The notes under the pieces: model-generated
What the model was told of the DNA's origin: nothing
Seen by the model: only the letters and a program-made list of their open reading frames with translations
Database searches by the model: none
Part shown: in pieces, positions 62,175 to 64,000 of the stretch
Position numbering within the stretch: the stretch's first letter is position 1
Layout of the letters: each line of letters starts with the position of its first letter
Made by a program: the position numbers and the translations under genes
Assembly: GCA_963814375.1 (NCBI GenBank)
Contig: CAWFCQ010000008.1
Span: forward strand, 320,001-384,000
Origin: an uncultured Chloroflexia bacterium
GTDB lineage: Bacteria > Chloroflexota > Limnocylindria > QHBO01
Direction: 5' to 3'
DNA: 64,000 nucleotides

Positions 62175-63053
62175 GTGGAGTACCGCATCGCGCTCGCGCA
62201 GATGGCGCCGCGCCTGGGCGACCTCGACGCGAACCTCGAGCTGGCGTCCGACTGGGTGCGTCGTGCCTCCGCCGAGGGAGCGACGCTGACCCTGCTCCCC
62301 GAGCTCGCCCTCACCGGGTACCTGCTCCAGGACCTCGTGCCCGAGGTCGCGATCCGGGCCGACGACCCGCGGCTGCTGGCATTGGGCGACGGTGCTGAGG
62401 GCATGCTCGTCGCGGCCGGCTTCGTCGAGGAGACCGATGACCACCGCTACTGCAACAGCGTGGCACTGGTTCGCGACGGCGCGCTCATCGGCCTCCATCG
62501 CAAGGTCTATCTGCCCACCTACGGGCTCTTCGACGAGGGCCGCTTCACGCGTTCGGGCGACCGGGTTCGGACGCACGACGCCGGTGCGCCGATCGGGCGC
62601 ATCGGCCTGTCCGTGTGCGAGGACTTCTGGCACGCCAGCCTGCCGATGCTCCAGGCGCTCGACGGCGCCTCGCTGCTCGTGAACGTCGCTGCCGGGCCGT
62701 CACGCGCCCCCGGCTCCAGCGCGGGCCTCCAGGCGATCGAGGGCTGGCACAAGATGCAGGACACCTACGCGCTGCTCGGCACGGTTCCGCTCGCCTTCTG
62801 CAACCGCGTCGGCAACGAGGAGGGGCTCACCTTCTGGGGTGGCTCACGCATCCTGGCGGCCGATGGCTCCACCGTGGCGCAGGGGCCGCTGTGGGACGAG
62901 GCTCTCGTGGTCGGCACGCTGAACACGGACGACCTGCGCATGCAGCGCTACGGCCTGCCGATCCTGGCCGACGAGCGCCTCGAGCTCGTGCGCCGCGAGC
63001 TCGACCGGATCATCGCCGAGCGAGCGGGCATCGACGAGACGCCCGAGGAGTGA
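62175..63053 (+). CDS. Nitrilase/carbon-nitrogen hydrolase, probable glutaminase subunit of NAD synthetase
   Basis: Catalytic triad E (LPEL), K (HRKVYLPTYGLFDEGRF), C (VCEDFW); GTGA-coupled to nadE. Confidence 0.88.
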   Translation: MEYRIALAQMAPRLGDLDANLELASDWVRRASAEGATLTLLPELALTGYLLQDLVPEVAIRADDPRLLALGDGAEGMLVAAGFVEETDDHRYCNSVALVRDGALIGLHRKVYLPTYGLFDEGRFTRSGDRVRTHDAGAPIGRIGLSVCEDFWHASLPMLQALDGASLLVNVAAGPSRAPGSSAGLQAIEGWHKMQDTYALLGTVPLAFCNRVGNEEGLTFWGGSRILAADGSTVAQGPLWDEALVVGTLNTDDLRMQRYGLPILADERLELVRRELDRIIAERAGIDETPEE

Positions 63054-63910
63054 GCACCGACCAGGCTCCGCTGCCCGCGATCGAGCCGAAGCAGGCGATC
63101 GAGGTGATCGTGGGCTTCATCCGATCGCAGCTGGAGCAGGCGGGCTTCGAGCGGCTGGTGATCGGCCTCTCGGGCGGCGTCGACTCGGCCACCGTCGCGT
63201 TTCTTGCGGCGCGCGCGATCGGCGCCGACAAGCTGTTGGCGGTGCGCATGCCGTACCGGACCAGCTCCGGGGCATCCGAGACCGATGCGATGCGCGTCGT
63301 CGACGCTCTCGGCTGCCCCACCGAGCGGGTCGAAATCACGCCGATGGTCGAGCCGATGCTGGCGCTCATCGGCGACGACGATGATGAAGCCGCGACTCAA
63401 CGTGCGCCGTGGCAACGTCATGGCGCGGCAGCGGATGATCGTGCTCTACGACCGCTCGGCATCGTTCGATGCGCTCGTGGCCGGGACCAGCAACAAGACC
63501 GAGGCGCTCCTCGGCTACGGCACGTTGCACGGCGACATGGCGGCCGCGATCGCGCCGATCGGCGATCTCTACAAGACCCAGCTGCGGGCCGTGGCGGGCG
63601 AGCTGGGAGTTCCCGGCGAGATCCTCGACAAGCCGCCGTCGGCCGACCTGTGGCCGGGCCAGACCGATGAAGGCGAGCTCGGCCGCACCTACGACCTGCT
63701 CGACCGCACGCTCTTCGCGCTCGTCGACCGCCGCTGGAGCATCGACCGATGCGTCGCCGCCGGTCTCGATCGGTCGCTCGTCGAGTGGGTCGTAAGCGGG
63801 TGGCTCGCATGGAGTTCAAGCGCCAGCTGCCGCCGGTCGCGAAGCTCTCGTTACGCACGCCCGGCTTCGACCACCTCTATCCACGCCGCCGGCCGGGGTC
63901 GTCTCGGTAA
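63050..63910 (+). CDS. nadE: NAD+ synthetase; frameshifts near 63395 and 63795
   Basis: GLSGGVDS, GNVMARQRM, GTSNKTE..LGYGTLHGD, PIGDLYKTQ, KPPSADLWPGQTDE, EFKRQLP. Confidence 0.92.
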
Positions 63911-64000
63911 GCCCGCGGTAACGGGCCGATAAGCGTCGATTCCATAGCCTTCCACCACCAGCGGCCGTTCTCGCCCCCGGTGCGCTGCGCTGATGGAAGG

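Overview
High-GC bacterial core-chromosome segment with no integrase, transposase, prophage or CRISPR array seen. Gene content and protein style suggest a Terrabacteria lineage, most likely Chloroflexota (inference only). In order, the window carries: ppdK (5'-truncated); a degenerate ECF sigma with an Ig-domain anti-sigma; dnaG-rpoD-nitroreductase; tRNA-Asn; an ArsR-SRPBCC fusion; three hypothetical genes; an atypical parAB pair; tRNA-Ile2(CAT); a propionyl-CoA to succinyl-CoA cluster (pccB, biotin carboxylase, BCCP, methylmalonyl-CoA mutase, epimerase); sucCD; an MFS-cNMP protein; icd; sdhCDA-[PPOX-family gene]-sdhB; rnhA; RNase P RNA; two Cys-rich unknown genes; a dcw cluster (mraZ rsmH orfX ftsL ftsI murF mraY murD ftsW murG murB ddl ftsQ sbp ftsA ftsZ, lacking murC and murE); yggS/yggT; tRNA-Val; a GT4 glycosyltransferase; NUDIX-gcvT-gcvH-gcvPA-gcvPB; an ECF/ZAS pair; a Dpp/Opp ABC transporter; and a split nitrilase + NadE. 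About a dozen single-base frameshifts, including in essential genes and mostly at G/C runs, point to uncorrected long-read indel errors. The most interesting signals are regulatory: a near-perfect LexA (SOS) box in the RNase P RNA promoter, paired DnaA boxes in front of both parAB and ftsZ, a probable ATC start for dnaG with three CTTGACAA repeats upstream, frequent leaderless promoters including a 5-codon uORF coupled to the MFS gene, an unknown 70-aa gene inside the dcw operon, and a divergent pair of Cys-rich proteins. All calls come from reading the sequence; no database search was run.
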